Assembly (NCBI RefSeq): GCF_018977255.1
Contig: NW_024704742.1
Location: forward strand, 119,848,001-119,912,000
Source of the DNA: Callorhinchus milii
Lineage: Eukaryota
DNA length: 64,000 bases
Direction of reading: 5' to 3'
The notes beneath the pieces were generated by a model. It searched no databases, was not told the origin of the DNA, and worked only from the letters and a program-made list of their open reading frames with translations. Positions 11,231 to 24,512 of the stretch are shown in pieces. The position numbers and the translations under genes were made by a program. Within the stretch, counting starts at the first letter, position 1, and each line of letters opens with the position of its first letter.

Positions 11231-12890
11231 AAATGTTGAAAATTTGATAAAGAATTGTTGTACAGTTTTTATGAACAGTCAGATACGGAAGCAAACTTCT
11301 TGCATACTTGTTTGCAAAAGAAGACCAGAATCTTACAAAAACAAACTTGCTCATCAAATCTGATGAAAAAAAATTGATTTAAATATCAAAAGAGTGATAT
11401 AGGCAATTCCCGACGTACCAATTCGTCATCCATATTCTAGCAGGAGGAAATTACCTGAAAAGTTCTTTGAAAATTCATCAAAGCATTTTCATGTCATTAA
11501 CATCAACATTTAATACTTACAGCTGCATTGTCAGACCCACAGCTGGCTTTCAGAAGCTTTGTTAGAAATACTATTATACATCTTAAAATCAGGAAAAATT
11601 CCACACAATATTTTTAAACAAGCAGATGCATATTCACAGACCTATTTCGACTAGGATACAAAACAACCTGCATTTTCCTATAAAGGAATATATTGGATAT
11701 CCATTTCTATTGTCCTGTCAAATGAGGAAAATGCCATACAGCAGTACTGTACCAACTGATGGCCAAGAATTTTTCTGAAGTTCAGATGAGGAAATGCAAT
11801 TCTGGCAATTATAATAATTTGTTTACATTGTGCCTTTCACATCGGAAAATTGTCTTAACCTCACACAACTAATAAGGATCCCGAGCTGGGGGAGGGAGCA
11901 AGAGGGCCGAAAACACAGGGACGGACAAAGAGCAAGAACATTGGGATGGAATTCCCTGGGTGGTGCAGAGCGTCTGAAAGTTGATCCTCCGATGCTCGAG
12001 AGGAGCAATGAGAATTTTTAATTCATTAATTAACAAATTATAGCATCCACTGAATGAGGTCTTAAATTCAAACTATTAAAATATAGTCACTAAATGGAAC
12101 CACAACTAAGCAACATTTTTGCAACAGCAATTAAGTTCAAAACTGGCCAAGCCCCCCCACAAAAAGTAAATTATCTGAAAGCACTATAAAAAGCTAATAC
12201 ACAGTGAAATTAGCAACATCTGAAGACATTTACCACAATGTTTAGCATTTTAGTCACAGACAGCTTATTACTCCACTGCATGATTTTTTAAAATAAATAT
12301 AAGCCCAAAACTTATCAAAACCATACTCTTTAGAACTGCTGAATCCACACTGGATCATTGCCTCGTCTCCCTCTATTTGCCACAAAGAGCCACCATATCA
12401 TCAAACTAAGGAACCTATTAGCCAGATATGATCAAGTTGCTTTTGAAACAGAAAACACTCAAATTCAACAAATGAGTGTTGAATACGCTTCAAGAATTGT
12501 ACAAAGCGATTGTCTGAAAAGGAAGAAAACTTTAGGAAATAAATATAAATTTACAAAGCTGCAAATCAAATGACAACTATTTTGTTTATGTTTGTTGTTA
12601 GACCCATCTCAGTTCTGTACAGATTTGCTAATGGATTCATTTCTATTAGCAGCATAATCAAATAATATTGTAAAAATTAGAAACCGGTGAACAAGAATCA
12701 GAATTTCATAGTGATTACACTGTAGACTTAGTTGTGTCCAATCGATTGGCAAATGTGGCCAACAGAGTGAGCCAACAAACAATATATGACAGCTGCTACA
12801 TTTTAATATTCTATTCACTGAAGTTTCTTATTTCATCATGCAGGATTATGACAATTCAGTAATATGGGCTTCAAAAAAAGTTCTACCTAC

Positions 12891-14490
12891 CTTTTCTAAT
12901 TTTTTTGCCTCAATGTGACGCAAGACTTGCTCTCTCCAGTCAGATGGCACCTTGCTGGTCCCCTGAGTGTCCAGAAGTGAATGTTCGGACTTCACTCTCA
13001 AATTTGGTCTTTTACTGGGACTAGTCCTGGAGTAATTGAAATCGCTTACTGACATTGTTCTCTCAGGAGCATCAGTCATGTGAGGGCGTGCACTCTGAGG
13101 CCTGGATGCCGTCGGACCATCAACACTATACGTCCTTGCAGAAAGAGGTCTTTGTGAGCCCTGAAATATCTGGGGGTTCCTTCCAATTGTATGTATGTCC
13201 CTATAGGTCAAATAATCCCCTTCAGGTATTGGAACTCTCCTGGAGTGATCAGCAAGGCTAACAGAGGTAGTGGACGAGACACTGCTCTGTCTCTGCAAAG
13301 TGGACCTTTGATTAGTTGGAACCAATCTCTCATTTGGTGGATATCCCCACATTTCAATTTGTCGAGGTCCCATTCTAGGTTGCACATTGTAAGACACATT
13401 AGACTGAGCATTATTGCGATTAGAGTAATTCATGTTTGCAGAATGCTTCGCGTAATTGGCATTGTCAACACTCTCCAACCTCTGAAGGTGAAGGGGTGCC
13501 AAATTGCCCTGTTCGGTTTGAATCTGGGATCTCTGTGGCCACACGTTATCTTTGGTGATTGCACTGCTGCTATACTGCACATTGTACTGTGGTACGGGGG
13601 GCATCTGTGCAGCAGGCATTGGTCCTCTCTTTAAACTGAAGCCTTGAGGGTTAAAATTTTGATCAAATTTGTATACTGTTTTGGTGCATGTCAAAAGATC
13701 AGAAGATGAAGCAGAATTTCCAGAAAATGGTTGCAATGACTGGTCATTCAGAAGAGTGGCTGACTTACTACGAACTATATTTTGCCCCTGACCTGCTGTA
13801 ATCGGCATCTTTATTATGCTTTGGTCATGTGGTGCATTGTCATTGATCATATCATAAATTTTTAACCCACCTATTTCAATGTTTGTTACACTGTGAGATT
13901 TAACAACTGGTCCTACAGGGCACTCTCTTTGGGGGGATAACTCCTCGGTGCTCCTAGACATAGCTGTATCTACACTGGAAGACAGACTAGGTGAAGATTG
14001 TTTTTCTTGATCAAGCTGAACTTGGAATGATTCAATTTCCTCTGGACGTCCATTTATTCGACTTTGAGGGTAAGTAATAGGATCTTCATTTCCATTCTTT
14101 AAATGTTCCATCATTTGCAGCCCATTAGTTTTTAAATTACATCTTGATGTTTGTTCACAGATCTTCATACTTCCATCAACACTACTTTTAGATGTAGTTC
14201 CTGTATCTAACCTCTGAACTCCATCGTCTACAGTGAGCTCATTCTTATTCATACCAATCTGAGGACATTTCTGGTACTCCTCTGTGCTATTTCTCAAATC
14301 AATTCCTCTCTCCAGAAGAGCCCGTTTTTCTTCAATGTTGAATTCAAACCCAGACAATTTAATGGCTTCTGGTTTCCCCACAGAGGAATCAACCTTCTCA
14401 TGACTCTTCACATTTCCTTGAAGTGGCGTGCTTGACCTAGTTCCATTTTGCAGCAGTGGAGAGGTTTCAGTAAGAATGCTCTCATTGCTC
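12891..14490 (-). CDS. ERBIN: ERBIN large exon (1600 nt), linker region SNESILTETS...NIVRSKSA...WREQVLRHIEAKKLEK
   Basis: Core of ORF 12846..14606; tttatag acceptor and AAG|gtaggt donor; phase 2-0. Confidence 0.96.
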
Positions 14491-15402
14491 CTATAAAGAC
14501 ATTGAAAACATCTTAAGTGGCAAATAACGAATAGCAACAAAAACATAAAATATAACGTCAATTTCAGTTCCAGCACTTTTCTGAAATAGATCACTTTAAT
14601 GTACACTGTTTTACTGACAATTAATAATGGATGATTTGTACAATGGGATATAATTAAGATATTTCTTCTTGAAACACAGGATTGCTTGATCTACTGTATA
14701 CCCACAAGTTTAGTGGTGCATTTTGATATTAAAAGCATTTAAATACTTAAAGAGAGCTAAAAGAACTTCGAGTTCCACTATTCACAGGTTGCAGTGCATT
14801 TTATGAATGCTACAGTTCACCATTTTTTCAAAATCCATAAAACGTATTTCACAGCAATTACTATAACTTCCCATTTCAAAGGAATACCTTCACATTTAAT
14901 GAGTTAGACCTAGCACCTTAAGTGGCAACTATCGTCTTCCATAACCAAATTAATGAATGCTCTGAATACAATGCATTCTGGATATATTCGAGCAAACAAA
15001 TTACATTAGGAATAGCTTCATTCTCCATTTCTAGGAAGGAGTAGAGAAGAAAAAAAACTTGTGGAAAGAATGCATCCCCTTGCTACACAAGAACCACATG
15101 GTCTAAATCTTTGTTCCTATGTGGTCAAGTGTAAGAGTTCAGTACTTTGTTACATTAATAAAAGTAGCTGCACCTTAACTCTCATTCAAGACACACATCA
15201 TCATTACTGCTAATTTAAGCACAGAACAAAATACATTTTCTATGTAGATTTTGGTTTTGTCATCTTGAGATCAGAGAATAATTAAAAACACAATCAAATT
15301 TAAAGTCATATAATTTTTTTTACAAAGAAAGTACTATATTAACAATTCAAAGACACTATTTTCTTGGGACTATTATTTTCTCTTAACGGTAATGCTCCTT
15401 AC

Positions 15403-15562
15403 CTTTTAGTTGTGATGCTGATTTTAGGGGTCGAGTGCAAGGTCTCCTGACTGCTCTCAGTGTTGAGAGAAACTGTATCCGATATCCTGGATGGTGATGA
15501 ACAATTACTGTTGTTCTGGTTACTGTTTGGAATGATATCTTCAAGTAGAGAATCAGCATCAT
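15403..15562 (-). CDS. ERBIN: ERBIN exon DADSLLEDIIPNSNQNNSNCSSPSRISDTVSLNTESSQE...
   Basis: ctacag|...|gtaagg; 160 nt, phase 1-2; conserved NSNQNNSNCSSPSR motif. Confidence 0.95.
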
Positions 15563-18500
15563 CTGTAGTGGAGGGAGAAGAGAAAGGATTGAGAGGTATC
15601 TATTGAGATAGAATGCAGCAAACAAAAACATCTTACCACAGAACAACGGGCTGCAGTGATTATAGGCCTTTGTCTAGAAAGATCTACTGAACTGATTAAG
15701 GAATCGATGCTGGTAGTACAACAATAACTTGCTTTTATACAGCAAACCTCAAGCAGAGTAGCATCCCAGAGTGCTTAGAATGCATTGTTAATACAAACCA
15801 AAGCAAGTTAATTTTTCTACTTCCATGTATACATGAGGGAGAAAGAAATAGAGGGATATGGGAGAGAGGATTGGAAGGGGTGGAGCCTCTGGTGGAATAT
15901 AAACATTATGACCACATGGGCCAAATGGCCTGTTTCCATGATGTAATTCATGTAGTTCAATGTAATTCTATGTCGGTCAGGCTAGAAATGAACCATAATC
16001 TTACCTTGCAATTTACCAAATCTTTGCCAGAATTTAGGTGTCAAATATTAAATATTACACATAATAATCATTGCATTTAATGCAGTACCATATCTCATCA
16101 TCAAGATGTCTCAAAGCGCTTTACAGGATATACTGCAAATTGGATTGACTGTGTATTCTGTGGGCGAACTAGATCAGAAGCATTGTTGAACACAATATGT
16201 TCTTGCTGATTGCTTAATGTAACTGTTCCCACAATTACTCTGACCAGACTACAACAAGAACAACAACAACTTACATTTGTGTAGTGCATTTCAAGTCGGG
16301 ATGATGCTGGACAATCAGGAATTTGGACCCGAGCAGGGGATTGAGATTAGATAGTATTAGAAATGAATAGGACGTTCAGCATCTGAAAAGTCCCAGTTTC
16401 AATTCTGATCCATTGCACAGATCACCCAAAGCCACATCTGTAGCTAGGACCATCTTATCTTTAAAAATACACCCCCCAATGCATTGAGTACTGACTGCAC
16501 ATTAGAATTAGACTGTCATTGTCAGCAGTAACAGCTGCCACAGGATAAAAATGGGTTTATCAGTCCGTATGAAACATAATATCATGCATTAGAAAAACAG
16601 ATCATTTCAAGCCTGTAATCCTATCTGCAGTATCAGGAGACAGCTCTAAATTGCTTGATCTTTTCCTGCAGTTTGAGATTAACAGAATATCTTGATTAGA
16701 TACCCTGGATCCATTGTCACATAGTAATTGAAAAAATTGTCTACAAATAATATGACCGAAGTCAAAGAGCAGCATAAATTGTGATCATTCACTGAACTGG
16801 AACAATGAAAGTATATGGCACATTTCATCTACCCTGTGGTCCCCGTGACTAGCTACAAATAGGAAAAGGTGCATGAACGAGATTATCATGAGTAAAAATG
16901 CAGCCAGGATATAAAGGATATAATTATGGCATAGAAGCACAAAATGACTTACTTAAAATAGCTAATGGGATGATGGTTGAGACTGCAAAAGTTTGCAAAA
17001 CTGGATAGACCATTTAATTTCAGGTATAGACAGATGGAGAGACCATGTAGAGAATAATTTGGCAGGCAGTTTTGGCTATCAGAGCTAGCTAACAAACATT
17101 ATGATGCTGATTCCATCTATCTTTTTTCTGCAGTCTTTGTATGAATTTTTCATTTCTAAATTGGAATTGTTGATGCCTGCCAAGCTCATTAACAGGATTT
17201 ACGATGGGATAAACACATCACAGTGGAGAGTATGAGGAAAAGGGGAGGGATTGCTAGCTAATCAAACACAGCCTCATACTGGTGGGCTGGCAGATAATTT
17301 GGTCATTCAATCCACAACTGTTTGTGGGACACTGCTTTGTGCAATCGGCTGTCGCATTTCCCCCACAAAGTACAGTCACTACACTTTACAGTATATTCTG
17401 TGAAGTGCTTTGAGTTGTCTGGTTATAGCAGTACCCAAATGATACTTTAGAGACCCCAATATCTTGATGCTACAACTCGCAACTGTGTGCTAAATTACAC
17501 TTGATGTAAAGTTTCATTGTATTTTAATATAATGTAAGAATTTAATCGGTTTTGGTTACAGTTAAGTTCACACATATTTAAGTAGTTGAGGAGCCACGGT
17601 TCTGTTTTTTCCTCAATTGAAAATCCCATACGCAGAAATGAAGCAGACTACTGGATTTGGATTACAAAAAAGACATTGGATCAGATGGCTTGAACGTTCT
17701 GTTTCTCAATCAACCGATGGGGGAAGATTAAATCATTGTCTTGTGTATGAAGTCATTAGTCTGCTTTGCTATATTAAAAATCTGGGAAGATGAACATTTA
17801 TTGCCATGTTGCTAGCGCAGATTTGATGGGGTGATTACCAGTTTCTGTCCTGCAGCATTCTGTGACTACGTATTCAAGTCACCGTGTGTATCAGTGTAAT
17901 GGGCAATTCATCGTTTTGCACATTGACTTGCATTACTCATTTATTCACCAACCCAGTCATGCTATCAAGATTACCTTTCTCCAGGGAACAGCTCACAGCT
18001 TCTGTTGCAGCCCAGTAATTTAAACTAGGGTCATCAAACATTCCTGTCACTGGCAGGTACATCGGGAATGGGGTTAAGTCTACATTTATTTAGTTTTGTG
18101 ATGACTCATTAGTACACACTACTTCAGTAAATTAAATTGTGCTAAGGAAGTATTCAGACAATCATTTATGTGTAATTTTACTCAATACAAATATAAATGC
18201 AAAGCAAATAGACTACAACTAAGTAGCAGCTAACATAATATACACAATACATTATACCTCTTGTGGTACATGAGAGTTAACACAATTGATGTTCTCTTTC
18301 GGCCTTTTTATATTCAAATGTAGTCATGTAAGACTCTTAAAAATGAAATATAAACATTGTTTTCCATGATAGGTTTTAGATCACATAGAATGTACTTTTC
18401 AAAGGAACATTGATAATGCCTAACAAAAGTACACCCTATCGTTGCAAAGTATATTGTTGATCAAAGTATATTTATTTATATTCATTCATTCTGTTGGCAC

Positions 18501-18917
18501 AGAAAATGCACTGAACAGCAAAGGGCTTTTGTTTCAGAATTGCAGCAGATCTTTTATATTGCCTTCCAGCTGCAAAACGATTTATCCTTTCTTCTTCCCC
18601 TTCCCACAAAAAAATGTTTGTGCCCATTTTTCAAGTATGTCAACTATTTTAAAATGTACCTTGAAATCAATAAATATTAGAGAGGTTAACAAGGATTCCA
18701 CACCACAAAGACAGCCATGGCTTTGTTTGGACACATAACCTCAATTGAACAGTGTTAAGTCTGTACCAGAACTCGATAATGCAAAAATGTTGCTATGAGA
18801 AGAACACAATTCTCAGACGCATCTGAAAGCAGGATTCCATGGAACTGAACCATAAAAATTTACATCACAGAAGGTGTCCATTTGGAGTTCCAGAAAGGGA
18901 AGCAGTGCAATTTCTAT

Positions 18918-19416
18918 AACAACAACAACAACAAGATTCCAATTATAAAGCGCCTTTCACGTCAGGAGGACGTCCCAAGGCGCTGCACAGTTGGGTCATG
19001 ACCCGAGCAGGGGGGAAATGGTCAGGGTGAGGGGAGGGAAGGGAGGGAGCGAGGAGGGGGGAAATGGTCAGGGTAAGGGGAGGGAAGGGAGGGAGCGAGG
19101 AGGGGGAAGAGAGTCGAGAGGGGAGCTGAAGGCTCGGTCAAAGAGAAAGGTTTTGAGACCGGCCTTGAAGGAGGAAAGGGAGGAAGCGGCGAAGGCACTG
19201 GGGATAGAGTTCCAGAGCCTGGGGGCTGAGAGGCTGAAGGCCCGACCACCGATGGTAGGGCGGTTGGGGCGGGGGACGTGGAGCAGACCGGAGCCAGAGG
19301 AACGGAGGGTACGGGCAGGTAGGTAGGGGGATAGTAGGTTGGAGAGGTAGGAGGGAGCAAGGCCGTGAATGGCCTTGTAGGTGAGGATGAGGATCTTGAA
19401 ATCAATCCTCTGGGGT
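18918..19416 (-). mobile_element. young L2 LINE 3' fragment with (caa)n tail
   Basis: Reverse complement closely matches 48440-48880 (ORF2 end and 3' UTR, gggacgtcctcctgacgtgaaaggcgc). Confidence 0.9.
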
Positions 19417-19684
19417 TTATAAGTTTATTGAAAGCACCCGAACATTTCTTATATTACTATTTGCTTCATTGATTCATTTCACCAGCTTCTTGAAAGGTGC
19501 CCTATTTCTCTAAGTTGGTAAACAGATAGAACCATGATAGCCAAGATCATCAATCATTTGCTTCAAGTGTGTACATGGAATATCTAAAATGGACCAAAAA
19601 CAAGGCCATTTGATTTTAACTGCACACTCCCACTTCTGAATACCATTTCTTATGTAAATCCTTCATTGGAATGTCCTTTTCTTT

Positions 19685-20045
19685 AACAACAAGTTGCATT
19701 TATACAGTGCCCCTCACGTAGGAGCAGTTAGAGCGGGGCACAACGCCGAGCCGGGGGAGGGGGAGGTGACCGTAGGCACAGTTGAATAGAAAGGTCTTCA
19801 GGCGCAACCTGAAGATGGGGAAGAAAGGGGCAAGTCTGAGGAATAGGCCGGGGAGGTTGAGGAGGTCAGAGCTGCAAGATAGAAGATGTTGATGGGAGCC
19901 AATGAGTATGGCTTCCGTCTTGTCAACATTTAGTTGTATGCCCACCAGACAAGTCAAGAGAACATCGGCGGACCTAGAGTTGCAGCTAGAGCAGGAAAAG
20001 TAGATGCGTGTGTCATCCGTATACATGAGGAAGTTTACCCCCATT
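19685..20045 (-). mobile_element. internally deleted L2 LINE fragment
   Basis: ORF 19700..20044 has YTDDT.IY and QLNVDKTEAILIG (L2 reverse transcriptase C-terminal motifs). Confidence 0.8.
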
Positions 20046-20061
20046 TAAAGACACAAAACTA

Positions 20062-20130
20062 CAACAACAACAACAACAAGATTCCATTTATAAAGCGCCT
20101 TTCACGTCAGGAGGACGTCCCAAGGCGCTG
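20062..20130 (-). mobile_element. 69-bp L2 3' tip with 7-bp target-site duplication
   Basis: Nearly identical to 18918-18985; flanked by aaaacta at 20055-20061 and 20131-20137. Confidence 0.85.
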
Positions 20131-20492
20131 AAAACTAGTTTTCAGACAAGCTCAGTGAGCGATACATTTTCTCTTTTACAGTATCAATTCATGTTATAAA
20201 TTCTAACTCACAGAAGTAACAAGAATTTTGGAAATCTGGGTTATACCTAATGAGCCAAGATAGAAAAATATATTTTTACAAATGTAGTTTTAAAAAAAAT
20301 CAAAAGTAAATTTTTGCCAAAGTGAAACACTATTTTTATCAAGCAATTTGAATGTTTCTACTATACTTCACTGCAGGAATGAGTAATCTTGGTGAGATCT
20401 GCAAGCAGCAGGAAGTCCAGCTCTCAAGCAAAGGGGTTCAAACCATTTGTTAATCTTCAGTTTAGAGGTTAATTCAGCTCTCCTAAACTTAC

Positions 20493-20610
20493 CTCTTTTC
20501 TCTTTACTCAGTGCCACAATTTTCGGCTGAAAGATTGGTATCTCTGTCAAAGGTGGCCTCAACTCTGCCATTCGCATTTCTTCATCGGATGAAGTGTTTT
20601 CAGAATCCTG
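20493..20610 (-). CDS. ERBIN: ERBIN exon (Q)DSENTSSDEEMRMAELRPPL...ALSKEKR; alternative acceptor gives end 20607
   Basis: ttttcag|CAG tandem acceptor and gtaagt donor; phase 0-1. Confidence 0.94.
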
Positions 20611-21838
20611 CTGAAAACAACGCAGGATGAAGGGAAAAAGTAATGAAGGTAAGTGATAATTCCTACATAATTAACATTACTTTCTGTGATAGACTAAGCA
20701 CATTTTAGCATTTTAGCATAGCATCCACAGCAATAAACTTGTAAATTCAAATGTTAATGGACTGACTAAAATGCAACCATAAATTTACCAATTAATGACC
20801 AGAATTCCCTTTTGGTAGTGAAAGGGTATTTTTAAATTTAAAAAATTGCTAGATTCTCATCAGTATTTTTGGAGTCCTCCTATATTTACACAGATTGATG
20901 AGAATCTGCTTTAAACTGTAAAAGTTTAAAGACTGTTTGGTCTTTATTTATTGTTCAAGAACAGGTATAGTTTCCTAAAACATCAAACAAAATATTGGTA
21001 TTAGTTAATAGCTTAGCCAACTATATCTTGTAGAATGGGTACATTTGAAACCAAAAATGAAGCAAGATTGACATTTGAATTACAGGATTAAAACAAAACA
21101 TAATTAGTGTGTCTGGCTAAAATTGGAGCAGAAATGTATTTATGATTTTCATCTTTGTCTATCAATACATTTAAAAAATATGTAATCCACTTTTAATTGT
21201 ATAAATTTGCAACTTTAATTTCAGTCATTCTTTCCCTTTGATCTCAATTTAACATGTAGGGAAACCTGTACATCACACATTCTTAGATTTAAATATAATC
21301 AATTACCAGAACTTCTAAAGATCGAAGATTTTCTTTGAGCTTTTGCTCCCAGCTATCTCTATGAATGACTGACTGACAGATTCAAGCAATTTATCCATTT
21401 TAGGTTCAACGCAAATCAGTTCCACGGTTCAAGCTTTTAAAATATAGAGTCTAAGTACAATACTGAAGAAACAGCATCTAAGTGAAAATACTGACAGGAA
21501 CGACACAGGTTGCTGAGCTGATTGAGGGCCTATTAATCTTGTGCAACATCAATAATAAGACCAAGCGAAGGAGAAACCCTAAAATGAACTAAATAAGGGC
21601 CAGAATACCGAAAAATAAAACAAGAAAAAAATGGAGAGAAACATAGATGAAGAATGTAAAGACAGTAAGTCATAGCAATGCCATTTACTATTTTAAGAAA
21701 AATAGTCTTAAGTAAATGAACTGAAGAGTCTTATAACTGGTTTGACATTAGCTTAGCTGGTTAGTCTGTACTTAATTGAAAGATATAATGTGAAGTTTAC
21801 ATTGTGAATATCTGTCTGCAGATTCCAAAACATCCTAC

Positions 21839-22018
21839 CTCAAGCACATCTTCATGGTTGATGGCTTCATTTACATTCTTCTTATCTTGCACATCTGCTT
21901 TTGTATCTATAAAGTCATTACTCATGTCTGGCTCAGTGGTTTTCTGTACACAGTTTCCCATCACACTGAATTCAATACTTTCTGGTGGCTTATTCTGTAT
22001 TACATGAGACTCGATTAC
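21839..22018 (-). CDS. ERBIN: ERBIN exon VIESHVIQNK...MGNCVQK...AINHEDVLE
   Basis: ctag|...|gtagga; 180 nt, open reading frame, phase 0-0. Confidence 0.88.
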
Positions 22019-22551
22019 CTAGTAAGAATAAAGTATCATTTTTATTGTAACACCATATTGCCACAGATTTCTTAGGCAAACGCAGAACCATAATTTTCTG
22101 GCACCTATTTTTTATCCAAAAAATACCAAAAGGAAAAGAATAAAATATTGGTATCAACATTAGAACATTTGGATTCTGAACATCAAAATTTGAGGGAAGA
22201 ATTCAGGGGATGAAAGGCCTTTTCTCAGGTTCTGGTATTTTGAGCTAGCCACGATATTATCAAAGCTCATCAAAGCTTGCATTATTTTTTTCAGCATTAA
22301 ATTAAACGTCAAATGCAGAAACACGTTCCCAAATAATCAATAATTATGAAGAAATGGTTCAATTCTTTTTGATAATAATTTGAATGGAAGTACATCAAAA
22401 TATGATCAAATCCTGATCATCCGAACAATAGCGGTTTACCCAAAAGAACACCAAACATAATCTGGATGATGGTGTTTGTATTTAGGGAATTAGCATGAAT
22501 CTGAACATCACCATTTTTGACTTAGAAATTGATTTTTTTGGATCTGCTTTG

Positions 22552-22755
22552 ATAATAATAATCCTTGCATTTGATAAAGCGCTTTTCACGTCTTCTAGAC
22601 GTCTCAAAGCGCTTCACAGAATATGCTGTAAAGTGAATTGATTGTATATTTGTGGGTGAAATGCAGCAGTCAATTGCGCACAGCAGTGTCCCACAAAACA
22701 ATCGTGGATTGAAATGACCAATTTATTATTGCTTGTTTTCTTGAGGGATTATTCT
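22552..22755 (-). mobile_element. tRNA-derived SINE, 3' part
   Basis: Reverse complement of 28050-28250. Confidence 0.85.
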
Positions 22756-22960
22756 TGACGGATTGATCACAGAATACACAGACAAAAATGTGTAAATGAC
22801 ATGATTTTTATGGTATCATTATGACTGCTGTCAGGCAGACACCTGGTGTCTGTAACTCAAGGCACAGCAACATATTCAGAATTTGCAAAAAAAAGGAGCA
22901 TTAACATTAGCTGACTTCGCAAACTTCAGGATTTTACAGCTTTTGGAGTTTAAAATCCGC

Positions 22961-24124
22961 ATAAGGTGCCGCACAAAAGGTTGATCCACAAGATTAGGGC
23001 CCATGAAATTAAGGGGAATATATTAACATGGATTGAAGAATGGCTAACAGGTAGAAAGCAAAAAGTAGGGATAAACAGGTCCTTCTCAGATTGGCGGGAT
23101 GTGACGAGTGGAGTGCCACAAGGATCAGTGCTTGGGCCTCAACTATTTACAATCTATATCAACGATCTAGATGAGGACATCAAACTTAATATATTCAAAT
23201 TCGCGGATAATACTAAACTAGGAGGGAGAGTAAACACCGAGAATGACATTAAAAAAATGCAACGAGATATAGATAAGACTAGGTGAGTGGGCAAATAGGT
23301 GGCAGATGAAGTATAATGTAGGGAAGTGTGAAGTTCTCCACCTAGGTGGCAAAAACAGGAGAGCAGATTATTTTATTAGAAGGGGAGAGACTAGATAGTG
23401 TTAGCGTTCAGAGGGACTTGGGTGTCCTTGTACACCTGTCACAAAGTTAGTTTGCAGGTACAGTAAGCAATTAGGAAGGCTAACGGTATGTTGGCATTTG
23501 TTACAAAAGGGTTAGAATATAAGAGTAGGGAAGTCTTACTGCAACTGTATAGGGCCCTGGTGAGACCGCACCTAGAGTATTGTGTGCAGTTTTGGTCTCC
23601 TTATTTAAGAAAGGATGTATTCCCCTTGGAGGGGGTACAACGAAGATTCACTAGGTTGGTACCTGGGATGAGGGGGATGAGTTATGAGGATAGGTTGAGC
23701 AATTTAGGCCTATATTCTCTAGAATATAGAAGAATGAGAGATGATCTTATAGAAATTTATAAGATTATTAAGGGGCACAACAGAATAGATAGTGGGAGAC
23801 TTTTTACCCTGGTTAGAGAAACTATAACCTGGGGTCATAGTCTTAAAATCAGGGGTAAGCCCTTTTGCACTGAGTTGAAAACTTCTTCACTCAGAGGGTA
23901 GTGAATTTATGGAATTCTCTACACCAAAGGGCTGTAGATGCTCAGTCCTTGAACATATTCAAGACTGAGATTGATAAGATTTCTTGTGGATAAAGGGATT
24001 AAGGGATATGGGGATAAGGCGGGTAGGTGGAGTTAGAATAGATCAGCCATGATCTTATCGAATGGCGGGGCAGGCTCGAGGGACCAAATGGCGTACTCCT
24101 GCTCTTAATTCTTATGTTCTTATG
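22961..24124 (+). mobile_element. 5'-truncated CR1-clade LINE, reverse transcriptase remnant (defective)
   Basis: ORFs 22966..23286 (VTSGVPQGSVLGPQLFTIYINDLD...FADNTKLGG) and 23488..23901 (LVRPHLEYCVQFWSP). Frameshift near 23280 and a stop near 23464; ends in (ttcttatg)2. Confidence 0.95.
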
Positions 24125-24338
24125 TAAATCCAAGATTGAACTGTTCACAAGCAAGGCGCTCATGTGTGTGCTTAGTTTCAAAGTTGCCATGTTCAGCCTC
24201 TGAAACTAAAATGTTAGAAACTGTCTTTTTAAGGGCTGTGAAAAAGGGAATATTTTTAATCTTCATCTCTAGTCTGGTACCTGAATATTAACAGCTGTAT
24301 TTACATGCTTTTAAGATTATGATTTAGCGTTCTCTGAC

Positions 24339-24512
24339 CTCCACACCGACACTTTTTACTGCACTTGATCGGTCATCATTATGCTTCATTTCAGATCCAG
24401 AATCATCTGGCGTTCCGTCCTCCTTTAACCTATGCACAACATTCTGCGCAGTTTTAACCATGTTTTTGAGTTCATCAGGATAGGGCGTAGGATATCTTTT
24501 CAAGTTACCTTC
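24339..24512 (-). CDS. ERBIN: ERBIN exon [20 protein letters not shown]...SVGVE (LAPSDb region)
   Basis: cag|...|gtcaga; 174 nt, phase 0-0. Confidence 0.96.

Noticed and set aside
13055..13634. Antisense ORFs (68 aa and 147 aa) overlapping the large exon
   Set aside because: Expected shadow ORFs of a coding exon, with no recognisable homology.
14491..14606. N-terminal hydrophobic extension of the 586-aa ORF as a signal peptide or standalone gene
   Set aside because: It is intron read-through upstream of the acceptor at 14491-14492. The phase fits splicing from exon 15403-15562. The ORF tail after 12891 is likewise intronic.
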